A DNA stretch of 64,000 nucleotides from Styela clava (GCF_964204865.1 NC_135252.1:7812001-7876000); one strand, 5' to 3'; numbered from the stretch's first letter, positions 14,296-26,848 are shown. The notes: generated by a model not told the origin, from the letters alone. Numbers and translations are program-made.

Positions 14296-14588
14296 TTACT
14301 TATCGATTTTAATCTGTAAGTATGTTGATAGGCATTTGTCTGTCTGTCTGTTAGATGCACGCGATATCTCACGAAAGCGAGATTGAATCTGCTCCAGATT
14401 TTGCATGTCCGTTTATCATATCTCGGACCAGAAGCCTATTGATTTTGGGCGAATTATGTCGTATAATTAGCGAGTTATTAATTAATTAGTGATGGGGCAC
14501 AAGGTGTCACTATGGAGTAAGAGCGCTGTTTAGGGGATCCCCTAACTTTCGATCGATAAGTCTTCGGTCTCTGACCGATATTCTCGTT
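14296..14588 (+). mobile_element. Helentron-associated non-autonomous element (HINE/DINE-1-like), copy 1
   Basis: 5' subTIR ACTTATCGAT with an adjacent inverted repeat, (CTGT)n microsatellite, 3' subTIR ATCGATAAGT, 3' stem-loop TCGGTC-TCT-GACCGA, T-rich ends; highly similar to the copy at 15892. Confidence 0.7.
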
Positions 14589-14722
14589 TAAATATTGATC
14601 CTTTCACTTTGGAAAATTTATTGGTTTTGATGAGTCTCTCTCGACAGTCGACAGACAGTGTATTTAATTTAATAAATCAAGACATAAAATGCTTATTATC
14701 AACTAGTTACAAAGTTAAATAT

Positions 14723-15542
14723 GGTCACGCTAATAACCGAATTGCGTAAGTCATTTTCGGCGATTTTGAGTTTTTTATAAAATAGGTATTTATGTAATGC
14801 TGCACACTTGTCTGTTAACTCAGATTTTATTTTAGGAATTCCGAAACCCATAAAAATGAAGGTTTAGTATGACATGCAAATTTGTGCAATGGTTTCGTCA
14901 TAATGAATTATCATTGGTACCGCAGGACTATTGTGACGTCACAAAGGCAAATAACCTCGGCGAAGTATTTTCGAGTTTTTGCATCTCGGATTCTAGCTTA
15001 CTGCGTATTAATTTGAATTTATACTACAGTATAAGAAGACGTGCATTTGTGATATTCACTGTCCGAGTCCAATTTACCTTGGTTGGCTTTTATATTGGGT
15101 GCATTGCTGTTTTTCTCTTCATATTTAATCTTAGTCTTATTTCGGTGGATGTGCAGAACGTGTTATATTGATGAAATATATATTTTTAAACATAAAAAAT
15201 AATGTAATTGAAACGGATTAGCTATTTTGGGGATTAGACATTGTAGATACCGAGAATTACATTAGTTTTTGGAATGTTTAGTTTTCAGGACTGGTGCATA
15301 TAGTAAAGTTGCAAAATTGCGTATGTCCCCAAGTCATAGACACATTTCTGCCTAAGTCACAGTGCGCCATTATGACGACACTTAACTGCATCATACAAAT
15401 TAACTTAAATCCGGCTACGATCGAAAAATTGAACTATTGCAAATTATTGACTCTCATTGGCATAACAATATCATTAGGAAGTTATTTACGCTTTTTCAAA
15501 ACTGCTAAATATGACTTACGCAATTCGGTTATTAGCGTGACG
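14723..15542. mobile_element. MITE with ~32-bp TIRs and ATAT flanks (superfamily unassigned)
   Basis: GGTCACGCTAATAACCGAATTGCGTAAGTCAT...ATGACTTACGCAATTCGGTTATTAGCGTGACG; ATAT at 14719-14722 and 15543-15546. Confidence 0.85.
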
Positions 15543-15891
15543 ATATGTAGAAAAAATGGCATACGAAATATTCTAACAATATAGTTCTATGGAGTAAGGA
15601 TTTGAGTTCAAAGTCACAGGATCAACGAATTTTTTGTTCATATGAAGTTTGTTTGTTTTCGGAGACTCAATTAAAATGATTTAATTGCTCAAATGGCTTA
15701 CTGGGTCATCCGACATGTAATTGAATTCGATAATCTTGAAGAATTTGTGATCTATTTTTATGATCTTTTATTAATACGGAGTATATGGTGGTCGACAAGA
15801 ACACTAGATAAAACAAGCACGAACCCCAAGAGCCATTTAATATAGCATAGACACTGACATTGTTTATATTCTTGCCTATTCCACGTAGTTG

Positions 15892-16163
15892 TTACTTATC
15901 GATTTTAATCGGTAAGTATGTTGATAAGTATTTGTCTGTCTGTTAGATGCACGCGATATCTCACAAAAGCGAGATTGGATCTGCTGCAGATTTTGCATGT
16001 GCATTCATCATCTCTACCAGAAGCCTATTGATTTTGGGCGAATTATGTCGTATAATTAACGAGTTATCATTTTGTCAAGGTGTCACTATGGAGTAAAAGC
16101 GCTGTTTTGGGATCCCCTGACTTTTGATCGATAAGTCTTCGGTCTCTGACCGATATTCTCGTT
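15892..16163 (+). mobile_element. Helentron-associated non-autonomous element (HINE/DINE-1-like), copy 2
   Basis: ACTTATCGAT-TTTA-ATCGGTAAGT 5' hairpin, (CTGT)n, 3' ATCGATAAGT and TCGGTC-TCT-GACCGA stem-loop. Confidence 0.7.
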
Positions 16164-17440
16164 ATTGTAGTAACATATATACACGACAAACAAACTTAAA
16201 CTATATAGTCATATCGTCTTCCTCTGCCGTGCTGATTTGCCTTCAATCAATCGTTGCATATTACAAAGGTCGCAAAACATTGCATGTTTTCCCTATAATT
16301 CAGTACATACGAACTGAAAAAAAGACAAAACGCCACTGTGATGACCAGTAGGATGACATTATTACTTAAGTATAGTGCGATATAGTATTGTTTTGGTGTT
16401 TTATTTTGGATTTCACTTCGGAATTAGCTATATTGTCAATGCTGTTCAAGTATATATATATATCTAGGGAAGTGTTTATTGCCTTTTAAAATGCTTGTAT
16501 TAAGTTGTTTTCTACCTATTGCATAAATGATCCGCTGGTTAGCTATACTTTACCGGATTTTTCGCGATTTTGGTTGTTGTTCTTGATTTTAAGGTTTGTC
16601 TTCAGATTTCAGGTCTTTTACTGAATATATATATAAATTGTTTTTCCTACACTGTGATACCTGGTATCTGGTATTCTTATTGTATCCTTTCTGTTCTGTT
16701 CATTTTAATGAATGCAGTGTTTAGTTGTATTAAGATTGTTAGTTGATAAATAAGATTAAAATAGCATTAATTGAAGTGAATATTGAGAAGAAGATTTGAC
16801 ATCAGACCCTATTATAAGATATTTCGAACTGGGAAAATTCATACATAGACTGACGGTACACTACAAATTTTTGGCGAAAGTACGCCGAAATATATTCTAG
16901 AGATAAAATGACATGCAAAGTTTGAAATAACAGCACATGGGGAGACAGGAAGACTTTAGTGGTCGAATTAATACACTGGAGGCTAAATCGACTACAATGG
17001 ATGAACTTGGTATTGATGTAAAACAGTGCCATGACAGTGCGATGGGTCTTCATCAAATTGTGAGAAATTGGCGAGAGGAGCTGCAAGTGACATTACATGG
17101 TTTTCAGGAAAACGTGATTTAGACATTATCTAAAAGCAAAAGCGCCCAAGTCAGTTGGGCAACCCTAAAATGCGGGAAACGAGAACTGCACTGAAATGCG
17201 GGTATTACGGGAAACTTCACTAAAAAGCGGGAACGACGGGAAATTGCTCTACGGAACGGGAAATATACAATATATAGTATGTGGGGCAAATTGCACTAAA
17301 AAACGAAAGCAAAGGGGAACATGCACTTGGGTGTGGATGTACGGTAAATTGCACTAAAAATCGGGAACTACTGGAAATTTGGCTAAAAACATAGAACGAC
17401 GGGAAATCGCTCTACGAAAAGGGAAATATACATTGTAGAG

Positions 17441-18832
17441 CAGGGGTCGGCAACCCCTGGCACGCGTGCCAATTGTGGCACGCGAGAGGATTTCTCATGG
17501 CACGCCAAGCGATTTGAGCCATATTCAGATATTTATTTTCGTAGTGCGACAAACATTCTACAATTGAACAAAAAATACCAAATCGGACAAATTCATTGAA
17601 AAAACATGCAATATTTAACTGCAATCGATGAGAGGCCGAAATCTATACCCAAAATCGGTGTAGATAAGCGTGTGCAGTCGATCATCCCCCTCCTTTTACA
17701 TTTTTGGAAAACTGGAAAAGTCGCAAATACCGCGTGCGATTTTCTTTGTGCTAAAATACCTGATTGTTTTTATCAGCGTGACGTGTTATTTAGGTCCTAA
17801 ACACTTTTAGTTGGTGTTTATTCTCCCTTAATCACAACAATTATATATTTCACGACAACGATAATAATTACTTTATTTTTGCTCAGAATTGAAATTCGCT
17901 GAGAGTTATTTTACAATCGATCGAAAATAAAAAAAAATTAGCCATTAGGCATGTTTATCTCATATTTTTACATCAAAAGATTGAGTGGTATTTCAGACTA
18001 ATAATGTTTATATTTTGACGCAAGAAGACGTAACCGCGAGTTACGTTGGACACAAACTTATATCAATATAGAAGAAAGATTTAGATTCTCGTAGCTGTCA
18101 TGAAATGAATATTTTACTGGAGATAAAAGTTGGTATACGCTGAAAAACTCGGTCTTTTTAACGAGCGCGTGATCGCGGCGACTGTTTTATAAGGAAATGA
18201 AAATTTTGAAACACCTCCTTTCGAAAATCCTGAATGCGCGCCTGGCTGATTTTCATCATTTCACCGTGAGCTACATGTAGCCTTAACAAAAACGATGAAA
18301 TAAAGGCGCTTCGTGGTATGTGCACCAAGATGGCAGACACCGGAACGTAGAATGTGTACCAGGTTTGGGTTAGGGCATAAATTTATTCCAATTTTCCTTA
18401 TTTCAGTTCTATTACGAGTTTGGGGACTAGCCAAATGACTCCCGTAGTATTTGTACCTGGAATTACGGCCTAACCCTTAACATGGTCCGCCATCATGGTG
18501 CACATACTACGGGAGTACCAAAATAAATTGTATCTTCGTTCGTATTTTCGCGTTCACATTGTTTCTGGCTACAAAACTAATCGCGAGTGGCCTTTATACC
18601 TATTGCTTTAAGTCGTCCAAAGACAGGTCGGATGTAGAAATGCCATATGCCGAAATCTCTCGTAAGCTAGTTTCCATGCACGTTATCCAATAAAATTAAT
18701 TTGTTTCTCATCCGCTTACTATTCAAATCAGGTAGTTGGCTATGCCAACCATACACATAGAAATGTTTGGCAAGCGAAGGTGCTCATTATTCATAAACTG
18801 GCACGCCGAGGTCAAAAGGTTGCCGACCCCTG
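17441..18832. mobile_element. Non-autonomous hAT (Buster/Charlie-type) element
   Basis: Perfect 15-bp TIR CAGGGGTCGGCAACC / GGTTGCCGACCCCTG; perfect 8-bp TSD TTGTAGAG (17433-17440, 18833-18840) with central TA. Confidence 0.93.
18305..18519. mobile_element. Small MITE (Harbinger-like) nested in the hAT element; related fragment at ~6785-6843
   Basis: Imperfect TIR GGCGCTTCGTGGTATGTGCACCAAGATGGCAGAC / GTCCGCCATCATGGTGCACATACTACGGGAGTACC, flanked by AAA on both sides. Confidence 0.7.
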
Positions 18833-19888
18833 TTGTAGAGTATGTGTGGGGGAAATTGCACTAAAAAGCGGGAATGACGGGAACTACGAGAAATTATACC
18901 AATACAAACGGGAAATTTCACTAAAAAGCGGGATCGACGGGAAACTTCAATAAAAAGCGGGAAATTTCAACTAAAATACGGGAACTATGGAAAATTTCAA
19001 TAATAAACTGAAACCATGGGAAATTTAGCTCAAATGCGGGAACTATATATAGAATATTTTACTAAAAGCGGGATATACGGAAAATTTGACTAATGGACGG
19101 GAACTACAGAAAATTGCCTTAAATAAGCGGGAATAATTTGCAGAAAATATTTAGTTAGGTATTTTTATACAGAGAGTTTGAATAAAATTCGAAAGATTTG
19201 AGAAATGGTGGGAAGAGCTGAAATCGGAAAGGCGGGGAGAGTGAGAAAATCGCTGAAAAACAGGAAGTATGTATTCAGGGGATTTATTACAGAAAATTGC
19301 AATAAAATGTGGAAGTATCGAGAAATTGCAGGAAGAGTAGGAAAATCGCGATTTCCCGTCGTTCCGGCCATTGTCGTAGTTGGCGCTTTTTTAGTGCAAT
19401 TTTCCATACTTTCAAACCCATGTGTCTATTTTGCGTTGCTCTCGCATTCTAGTGCAATTTCCCCCACACATACTCTATAATGTATATTTCCCGTTCCGTA
19501 GAACGATTTCTAGTGCAAACCCCCCACATATACTCTATAATGTATATATCCCGTCCCGTAGAGCGATTTCCCGTCGTTCCAACTTTTTAGTGGAATTTCC
19601 CGTAGTTCCCGCTTTTTAGTGCAATTTACCAAACATACACACCCAAGTACATGTTCCCTTTTGCTCTCGCTTTCTAGTGCAATTTACCCCACAGACTCTA
19701 TATTGTATATGTCCCGTTCCGGAGAGCGATTTCCTTTCGTTCCCGATTTTTTTAGTGAAATTTCTCGTAGTTCCCATCATTCTCGTAGTTCCCGCTTTTT
19801 AATGCAATTTTCCGTATATACACACCCAAGAGTATGTTTCCCGTTGCTATCTCTTTCTAATGCAATTTCCTCCACACATACGCTATAG

Positions 19889-21306
19889 TTGGGGTGGGCA
19901 ACGTTTCTAGTCGGCGGGCCAGATGTGGGAAAATGAGGTCCTCGGTGGGCCGGATTATTACATGGATAGTATTCAATATCTTAATCACATATTTATTCGC
20001 TAATGCAAGAAAAAAAATTATAAATCGCGTTTAAAGTAAAGTTTAAACTTTGAAAAAAATAGAGACCAAAAAACACATAATGAATTTATCATAATGTACT
20101 AAAATTGTACTTCAATAGCTTCTAAATTCAGTGAGACATTTGTGGTCAATCAAAGTTGTCAACAAGTTGTTTAAACTCAGGCTTGTTTAGAGTTTGATGT
20201 AGAAATTTTAAGTAAAGAATGCAGGTTAACATCAGTTAGATTGGAACGTAGCTTGGTCTTGTTCATGTTCAAGGTCGAAAATGTTTGTTCACAAATGTAT
20301 GTGGACCCAAACAGAACGAGTAGTTTCATGGCCAGTTCTAGCTGCACAGTATCCGGCGCTCTTTCAACGTGATGACAGAATATCAAATTCAGCAGCAAGT
20401 TTTTGAAAGTCCGCAAAACAACGACCAAATTCATTATCCAGTGCGTATATCATATTAGTGTACTTTTCAGTTGACATCATTGGTTGTGCCGCAGTTGCAA
20501 GTGTTGCAAAGTGTGTTGTGATATTCTGTGTGAGATGGCGAGAAAACAGTTTTAGCTTCACTCTAAATTGTCTAAATGCCCTCACTGTTGTGTACATTTC
20601 GTGAGTAAAAGTGCCCCTCCCTCGAAGTTTGGTGTTCAGTTCATTCATATGTTCAAAAATGTGCGGGGAGAGTAGAACGACCGGCAACTTTCAGGAATGA
20701 TGCGTCGGCCCACATTACAGAGTGAGTTGGATACAGTCAGCGGGCCGGTCAGAAAAATTCTCGTCAAAAATGTACTACAAACCTGGGTGCGTATTATACA
20801 ATATTATATAAGTTTACAAGATACTTTAATGTCAAATAACATCACATCATGATTGGCAGATGTTTCACTGGCAAATGCATAAAACATATTACCAGATATG
20901 TATAGTTAACAAAAGGCAAGCAGACAGAATGTCTGAAACGTCCGAAAAAAACACCTACAAGGCAAGAGAGGACGAAATTTTGATATGCGTATTATGCATG
21001 GAGTTTAAAAAATTCTCGTTAAAAATGTACTAAAAACCTGGGTGTGTATTATACACGGAGAAATACGGTATTCTTTTGCTAGCTTGAGGTGTATCAACAA
21101 TTGGGTCAAATTGAAAACAAAAATAATTTTAAATTTTCTAAAACTACTCCCAGTAAATTGTCGTTTTCTGTGTGAATAATGAATTTCACTATGAAAGGTT
21201 TGAAAAATGTATTACATTTATATAGAAAAAACTTCAAAATATTACAATTATTGTTAAGCGTTCGGGGGCCGCATGCGGCCCGCGGGCCGCGAGTTTGACA
21301 CCCCTG
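19889..21306 (-). mobile_element. Internally deleted hAT (Buster/SPIN-like) element
   Basis: The minus-strand 5' end is CAGGGGTGTCAAACTCGCGGCCCGCGGGCCGC; the other end reads TTGGGGTGGGCAAC...GGCGGGCCAG on the plus strand. It carries transposase remnants. The flanking 8-mers (CGCTATAG vs CCTTAAAC) differ. Confidence 0.75.
20128..20690 (-). pseudogene. Frameshifted C-terminal fragment of a hAT transposase (GTF2IRD2/SPIN-like)
   Basis: HMNELNTKLRG..., then in another frame LFGSTYICEQTFSTLNMNKTKLRSNLTD (hAT C-terminal domain with the catalytic Glu), ending QMSH* at 20128-20130. Confidence 0.85.
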
Positions 21307-21376
21307 CCTTAAACAACCTAAATTGCACAGATTTTTGTTTTTGTATCGACTGCAAAACCCACAGTACACTTATAGA

Positions 21377-21873
21377 TAGGCTTACCATACGTCCCGCTTT
21401 AGGCGGGACAGTCCCGCTTTTCAGCGTTTTGTCCCGCCGTCTCGATAAGTCAGCCAAAAGTCCCGCTTTTTCAGCATAATACACAAACATGTTCTCGTTA
21501 CTGTTGTTTCTGTGTAGCGCAGCGCTAGCCTACTTACTGAAGGTGAATGGTTCGTTTCCCGCTGATTCCCATTGATGGCAGACGTATCGCATGTAAAACC
21601 AATACTGATTAGTCTAAATTCGAATTATTTGTACCGGTATCGTTGACGTCAATTCCTTCCTATTTTTCGAACTAAACCCGATATTTGGACAGAGAATATG
21701 CGCATGAAATTTCGATAACAATATGATCAATAAAGACAGCCGAGATAGCTTTAAATGTAGGAATGTAGGCCTATGTAGTAAAATCGGAAAATGTGAAGTT
21801 ACAAAATCACAGCTAGGGAGTTGTTGTCTTTCAAGGCGTCCCGATTTGAAGTCACAAAAATATGGTAACCCTA
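21377..21873. mobile_element. hAT MITE (Blackjack-like termini)
   Basis: TIR TAGGCTTACCATA / TATGGTAACCCTA, GTCCCG subterminal repeats, perfect 8-bp TSD CTTATAGA (21369-21376, 21874-21881). Confidence 0.9.
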
Positions 21874-22196
21874 CTTATAGAGGAAAAGTCGATTTTCGAG
21901 AATGTGGATTTCAGAGGCAATTCAGAAAGAAAGTGAATTAGATATTGAAGTTAATTTATTAAATATTATTTATTGGTTTTTTTCAGACATCTGTCAGTGT
22001 CGTAGTCCTATTTCTAGAAATAATATTGCCTTTGTTTCAAATACACAACCACATAAACTAAAAAAAGACTAATTGTAATATTTTTGTTCACTATGTTCTT
22101 TGTTGTAAACTGCTTGTCTGAGGAAGTCTGATTTCGGTCAGACAAGACGTTACAGAAATACATTTGTGTTAGTGTGCAGCAGGGCTCTTGAATTGC

Positions 22197-23100
22197 ATAG
22201 TTCTTGTGCTGTGTTGTTGTAAACCTATGGTTATTGATTTTCTGGGAACCCCTTATTTTCAGTTTCGCATCAGGATTGTGGAACAAACTGCAATGCGTTC
22301 AGTATGTTCATTTTAATACAAAACTAAAGAATTTATTCAGTTACCAGATGTGCGCTATGAAACTCTGGACGAAACTTTTCTGGGTGTTTTTTCGAGGCCT
22401 CGTCTCACGGCCTATATCCATGGTAAGGATCTACAAGTGTTTAATAACTTACTTATACTTTTTAACAACGCCTTAGCATAACTTAACTAATAGTAACTAA
22501 AAAGGCGATGGAAAGGCTACCCAACTCAACGCAAGATGGAGCAGTACTAACTGAGATTCATCCGCTCGATAACAGCTGATCAAATTTAATTGTTACGTCA
22601 TGCAGAAGTCTGCGTTCATTGGCCAAAGTTGCCAGAAAAGTAGAGAAAATAGGACAGATCGTAGCACATATTTCTTGTAGTGAAAGCGTCTTTTTGGTAA
22701 AACGTGCAACTTTTGGAAATGGGAACAAGGTATTATTTGTTACTGAATTTCTAAGGAACATTGTAGAATTATTTCTAAGTAGTTCCCTTATGTGCGATAC
22801 GAAACTCTTTTTTTAGGCGTTTTTCAGGGCCTCGTCTCACGGCCTAATAGTTCTTATGATGTGTTGTTGTAAACCTATGGTTATAGATTTTCCGGAGAAT
22901 CCTCAATTTTGCATCAGGATTTTAACCGATTTACTTGTGTTTTTGTGTTCACGGTGTTAATTTGTAGCTTCATCGAATAAAAATGGATGCGTTTGATGGC
23001 TTCTATAAAATGAACGCAATTCTTCATGTTGTGTCGTTGTATACCAATGATTATTGATTTTCGGGTAATCTCCCGATATCCAATTTTTGCATCAAGACTT
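22197..23100. repeat. Degenerate tandem repeats; part (22690-22808) also occurs inverted at ~29002-29120
   Basis: TGTGTTGTTGTAAACCTATGGTTAT...GCATCAGGATT at ~22210, ~22860 and (diverged) ~23030; GGCCTCGTCTCACGGCCT at 22396 and 22828. Confidence 0.7.
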
Positions 23101-23145
23101 TTGTAGCATATTTTACAGAAAATGTGCAACTATCGTTAGTGGGAA

Positions 23146-25776
23146 CAATGAGCATATATACAATGAGTGGAAACTTCCAAATATTTGCTCATTAATCCAA
23201 TGTGCCCTGCATTTTTTACGTCGTCCAGATAAATAGTTCGTTGCATATGGAGAAAGCATATCGCTCGCAGCAAAAATCCTTTGCTTCGGCCGCGCCGGGT
23301 GCGAAATTGGCCGTATTGAGGCTTTTAATTTTTCGATTCGTGTTCGGTTTTGGGTTTCGAAGTATGGTACTTTGAAAGCATACTAACTATAAGCATATGC
23401 TTATTGGGAATGCATATCTATTAGGCAGAAAACGTAGCTATAGCACAGAATATGAAGTCAAGTGCGGTTATTTCTAATTATAGCATGGAATTTAGGTACA
23501 TATTTATCCAGGGGAAAGCAATGGCGATAAGAAGGCCTAAATGTATGGCGAACCACGGCTTCTCACAATCATAGTTTATAAGGTGCTTCATACGAATCCC
23601 CAGGCTCCCCTATTTTAAATTACTTTGTCAGTCTGGGATATCTTGACATAAAAAACGAAAACAAAAATTCGAAGAATAGCAGGGAATCGCCATTTCTCTT
23701 CACCTATGTTAAATATGTTATATCAATGAATACAATTCCCCACGTCCCCCTTTACATGGGTCGCATTCCGTTTGATAAACTTTTTTATGCGAAACTTCTT
23801 CCACAAAAAAGCAGCACCGTCGTTATACGGTCGCGCATTATGGTTTCGTCAAAACTATATTATTCTGTGTATTATCACTGCAGCGCAATTAACACCGCCA
23901 GACTTTTTTATCTTTACGACATGTCATCTTTTTTAGTTGGCGCTAATAATGATAAATAAGAATGCGTGATTGTTATTCAGTAACACGCATGTAACCGTCG
24001 TTTAGTTAGGGCGTTCAAAATGAAAGAAGAGTTATAAGCTAATTTAAGGACATTCTCTTTTATTTTAATACAAATACAGGGCGCATTAAAAGCAAAATAG
24101 AATTTATTAACATAAATTTACAACGAGTTACGTAAAATTTACCGACGGCTATCGCCAACAGGCAGAAACGATGAATGTGAGAATTTTTTGTTTTTGCGCC
24201 ATCATATATTTCAATTTCTAATTTTGCGTAAATCGCGTCAACATCGTTTTTGTAAATTTAGAAACGTTGAATCAGATAAGCAAGGCATGTGAATAAGGTA
24301 TTCTATGCAAATTTCCCGAGATATTGTGGAGAAATAATATTTTGACCACGTAGAAATGCTATTATTGCTGATTTATTCACGTGTTAAGTATCAGTGTTTG
24401 AAACCAAAGCTGAGTTACGTGAATACTCAACAATTTGCGGAGTTTTTTAATTATTATTTAATACGAAAGTAATACGGAAACGATAAAAAATTAAAACATA
24501 AAAATGTCAACTATCAGCTTCACAAATATCGCATCCCGGGGTCAGTAAGGATAATATTGTTCGCTCAAAATTGGGGCCGTAACTGTGATACAAATCCTAC
24601 ACAGAAGATAAAAATCAGAATAAAATTAATTTTTGTTGTGAATGCATTCCTTAATAGTTGTCTTTAACATATTCGCCGATATTCGTTAAAATATTCGAAT
24701 AATTTTATATAAGAAAAATACGATTTTGCCCACCAGTAATCACGACGCATGTAAATAATCATTGAATGGCAATAAAAAATCAACTTTATTAGCATTAAAT
24801 TCCAAGTAAAAGTTCCACATTTCATGCATTCGATCGGCGCTACACGCGAGCGTGTTTTTGTATATATTCACCAAAACCGTCAGAGGCGAGTTACACATAA
24901 CTGTGGAATTTCGCTGTGAACGACGCATTGTTTTTAATTTATTACCCGCCTTACGCCGTCATAAATTGAACTTTTGGTGCACTGTTTTAAAACCACCGTA
25001 ATCCCCCCTCCCCCGTTGGAAAAATCCTGGCTGCGCCCCTTGTCCAAGTTCTATATCTCACTATTAATTACAAATATATAATTGCATCCAAATCAACAGT
25101 ATCTATATATATGACTATATGAAGGATCGTTAAAAGTAAATAATATGTAGGCAAAAATCATAATTGATAACAAAATGTACTCTAAATAATATAATGAAAA
25201 ATTTTTTTTTGGGTAAATTCACAAGACATGAAAACGGCAAACTTTAAATTTCAATGGCAAGATATCCCAGAGTAATTTATAGTTAAAATCAGTATTTTTA
25301 ATAAATAAACGAATAAGTCACAAAGTCCTGGCAGCCTGGGAGTTTATATGGAGCACAGAGCTATTTGGAGAGGCCGTGGTTCGCCATATATATTCAGGCT
25401 TTCCTCTCTCCCTGGATAAATATGTAAGTCTCATGTTATATCAATGAATAAATACAGCAATAACCGCACCCCACTTGGCGACTGATTCATATTCTGTTCT
25501 GTAGCTACGTTTTCTGCCTATATGCATTCCCAATATGCATATGCTCCTAGTTAGTATGCTTTCAACGTACCATACTTCGAAACCCAAAACCGAACACGAA
25601 CCGAAAAATTCAAAGCCTCAATACGGCCAATTTCGCACCCGGCGCGGCCGAAGCAAAGTATTTTTGCAGCGAGCGATATGCTTTCTCCATATGCAACGAA
25701 CCATTTAGCTGGACGACGTAAACATTGCAGGGCACAATGGATAAATGAGCAAATATTTGGAAGTTTCCACTCATTG
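23146..25776. mobile_element. Long-TIR (foldback) DNA element with 7-bp TSD, tentatively P-superfamily/Galileo-like
   Basis: 23161-~23650 and ~25255-25776 are inverted copies (outer ~240 bp very similar). Termini CAATGAG...CTCATTG; direct repeat GTGGGAA at 23139-23145 and 25777-25783. No transposase recognised. Confidence 0.75.
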
Positions 25777-25863
25777 GTGGGAACAAGCTGTAATGCTGTA
25801 TGTTCATTTTCACACAAAACTAAAGAATTTATTTAGTTTCACTGTTATAACTTGTGTGTTCTT

Positions 25864-26547
25864 TAGGACTGGGAATGGTCAACCGGGTAATCGATTTTAG
25901 ATCGTTAACGGTTACGATTTATTTTAACCGTTAACTGACATCTCAGGTACAAATCATCTTAATAATGTACAATTTCTTCAAAAAAGATTACGTCATCGCA
26001 AAATCCTGTGGCGTTTAATTCTAAAGAATATCACTAACTGTATTAGTAAGGATCCAATATATGTGACTAATATTTGAAGTACCAAGATTGCTGATTATGA
26101 AAATTTGGCAATAATTAATTATGAATCAGTTTTCGGTCGAAATATATTGTTCACGAATTTATTTCAAATTCGTATATTCAACGTCAACCAACAAGTGAGT
26201 AGTTGATGCTGTTTTTCTTTATATATCTCAAAGTAGAATTTGCACATCGAACACTCATAATTTGTCACATAAATGATATTTAATAACGGAATCGGGTTTT
26301 ACTAAAATACTTTCATATGTTCTAACCACGCTGCATATCTCTTGCAGCAGAGCGATCATGAAACTCTATCTCGATTCATGAATAATTTTGAGCGATACCG
26401 GGATAATATCACGCGAAATTGCTTTGTAACCATTGTGGCGATACAAGCTAATATTATAAATTATTACGTGAAACGTCATGCCGCGGGGACCCGGTTAATT
26501 TTACCCGGTTAACGGTTAATGTGTTTTCCTTGAAATTCCCAGCCCCA
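25864..26547. mobile_element. hAT (Ac-type) MITE
   Basis: TIR TAGGACTGGGAAT / ATTCCCAGCCCCA, AACCGG/CGGTTAA subterminal repeats, degenerate 8-bp TSD GTGTTCTT / GTGTTATC. Confidence 0.7.
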
Positions 26548-26848
26548 GTGTTATCATTTACATTTTGTCCTGGTGATTTTCGTCTTGGAATAACTGTGCT
26601 TTAATATATTTCCCACTCTTTAACTGGTCAATGACAGCACAGCATGGTGGTATTGCATTGTGGATAAAACCACTGAAGCATGCTTCCTGGGTATGCTGGT
26701 CTCCGGAGGTCATTCAGTATATTGGTGTAGCAGGGACAACATCTGTCTTATGTCTTTCTTACTTTATATTATGTTATTTGTGGTGACAACTGAACTGTTT
26801 ATATTGAGTATTGCTTGTGTTCAATAAAACATTTATTTACACGTAATT

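Larger units (their letters stand above)
17167..19888. repeat. Foldback-like array of short GCGGGAA/GGGAAATTGCACTAAAAA repeats whose orientation inverts at ~19348
   Basis: The left part (17167-19348, interrupted by a hAT MITE) has GGGAA-strand repeats; 19349-19888 has their reverse complements, including the larger CACACATACTCTA/CACACCCAAG subunits. The junction is AAATCG|CGATTT. Confidence 0.75.

Noticed and set aside
2743-16351. Short ORFs in the supplied track
   Set aside because: They lie in repeats or AT-rich DNA, often use non-ATG starts, have biased composition and lack splice support.
17167-19888. CRISPR-like array
   Set aside because: The repeats are degenerate, variable in length and lack unique spacers; the context is eukaryotic with no cas genes.
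25551-25817. ORF apparently duplicated near 23160-23385
   Set aside because: It is simply the TIR of the long-TIR element; no recognisable protein.
26548-26848. 5' LTR and primer-binding site of the copia element
   Set aside because: No second LTR copy and no convincing tRNA-complementary PBS.
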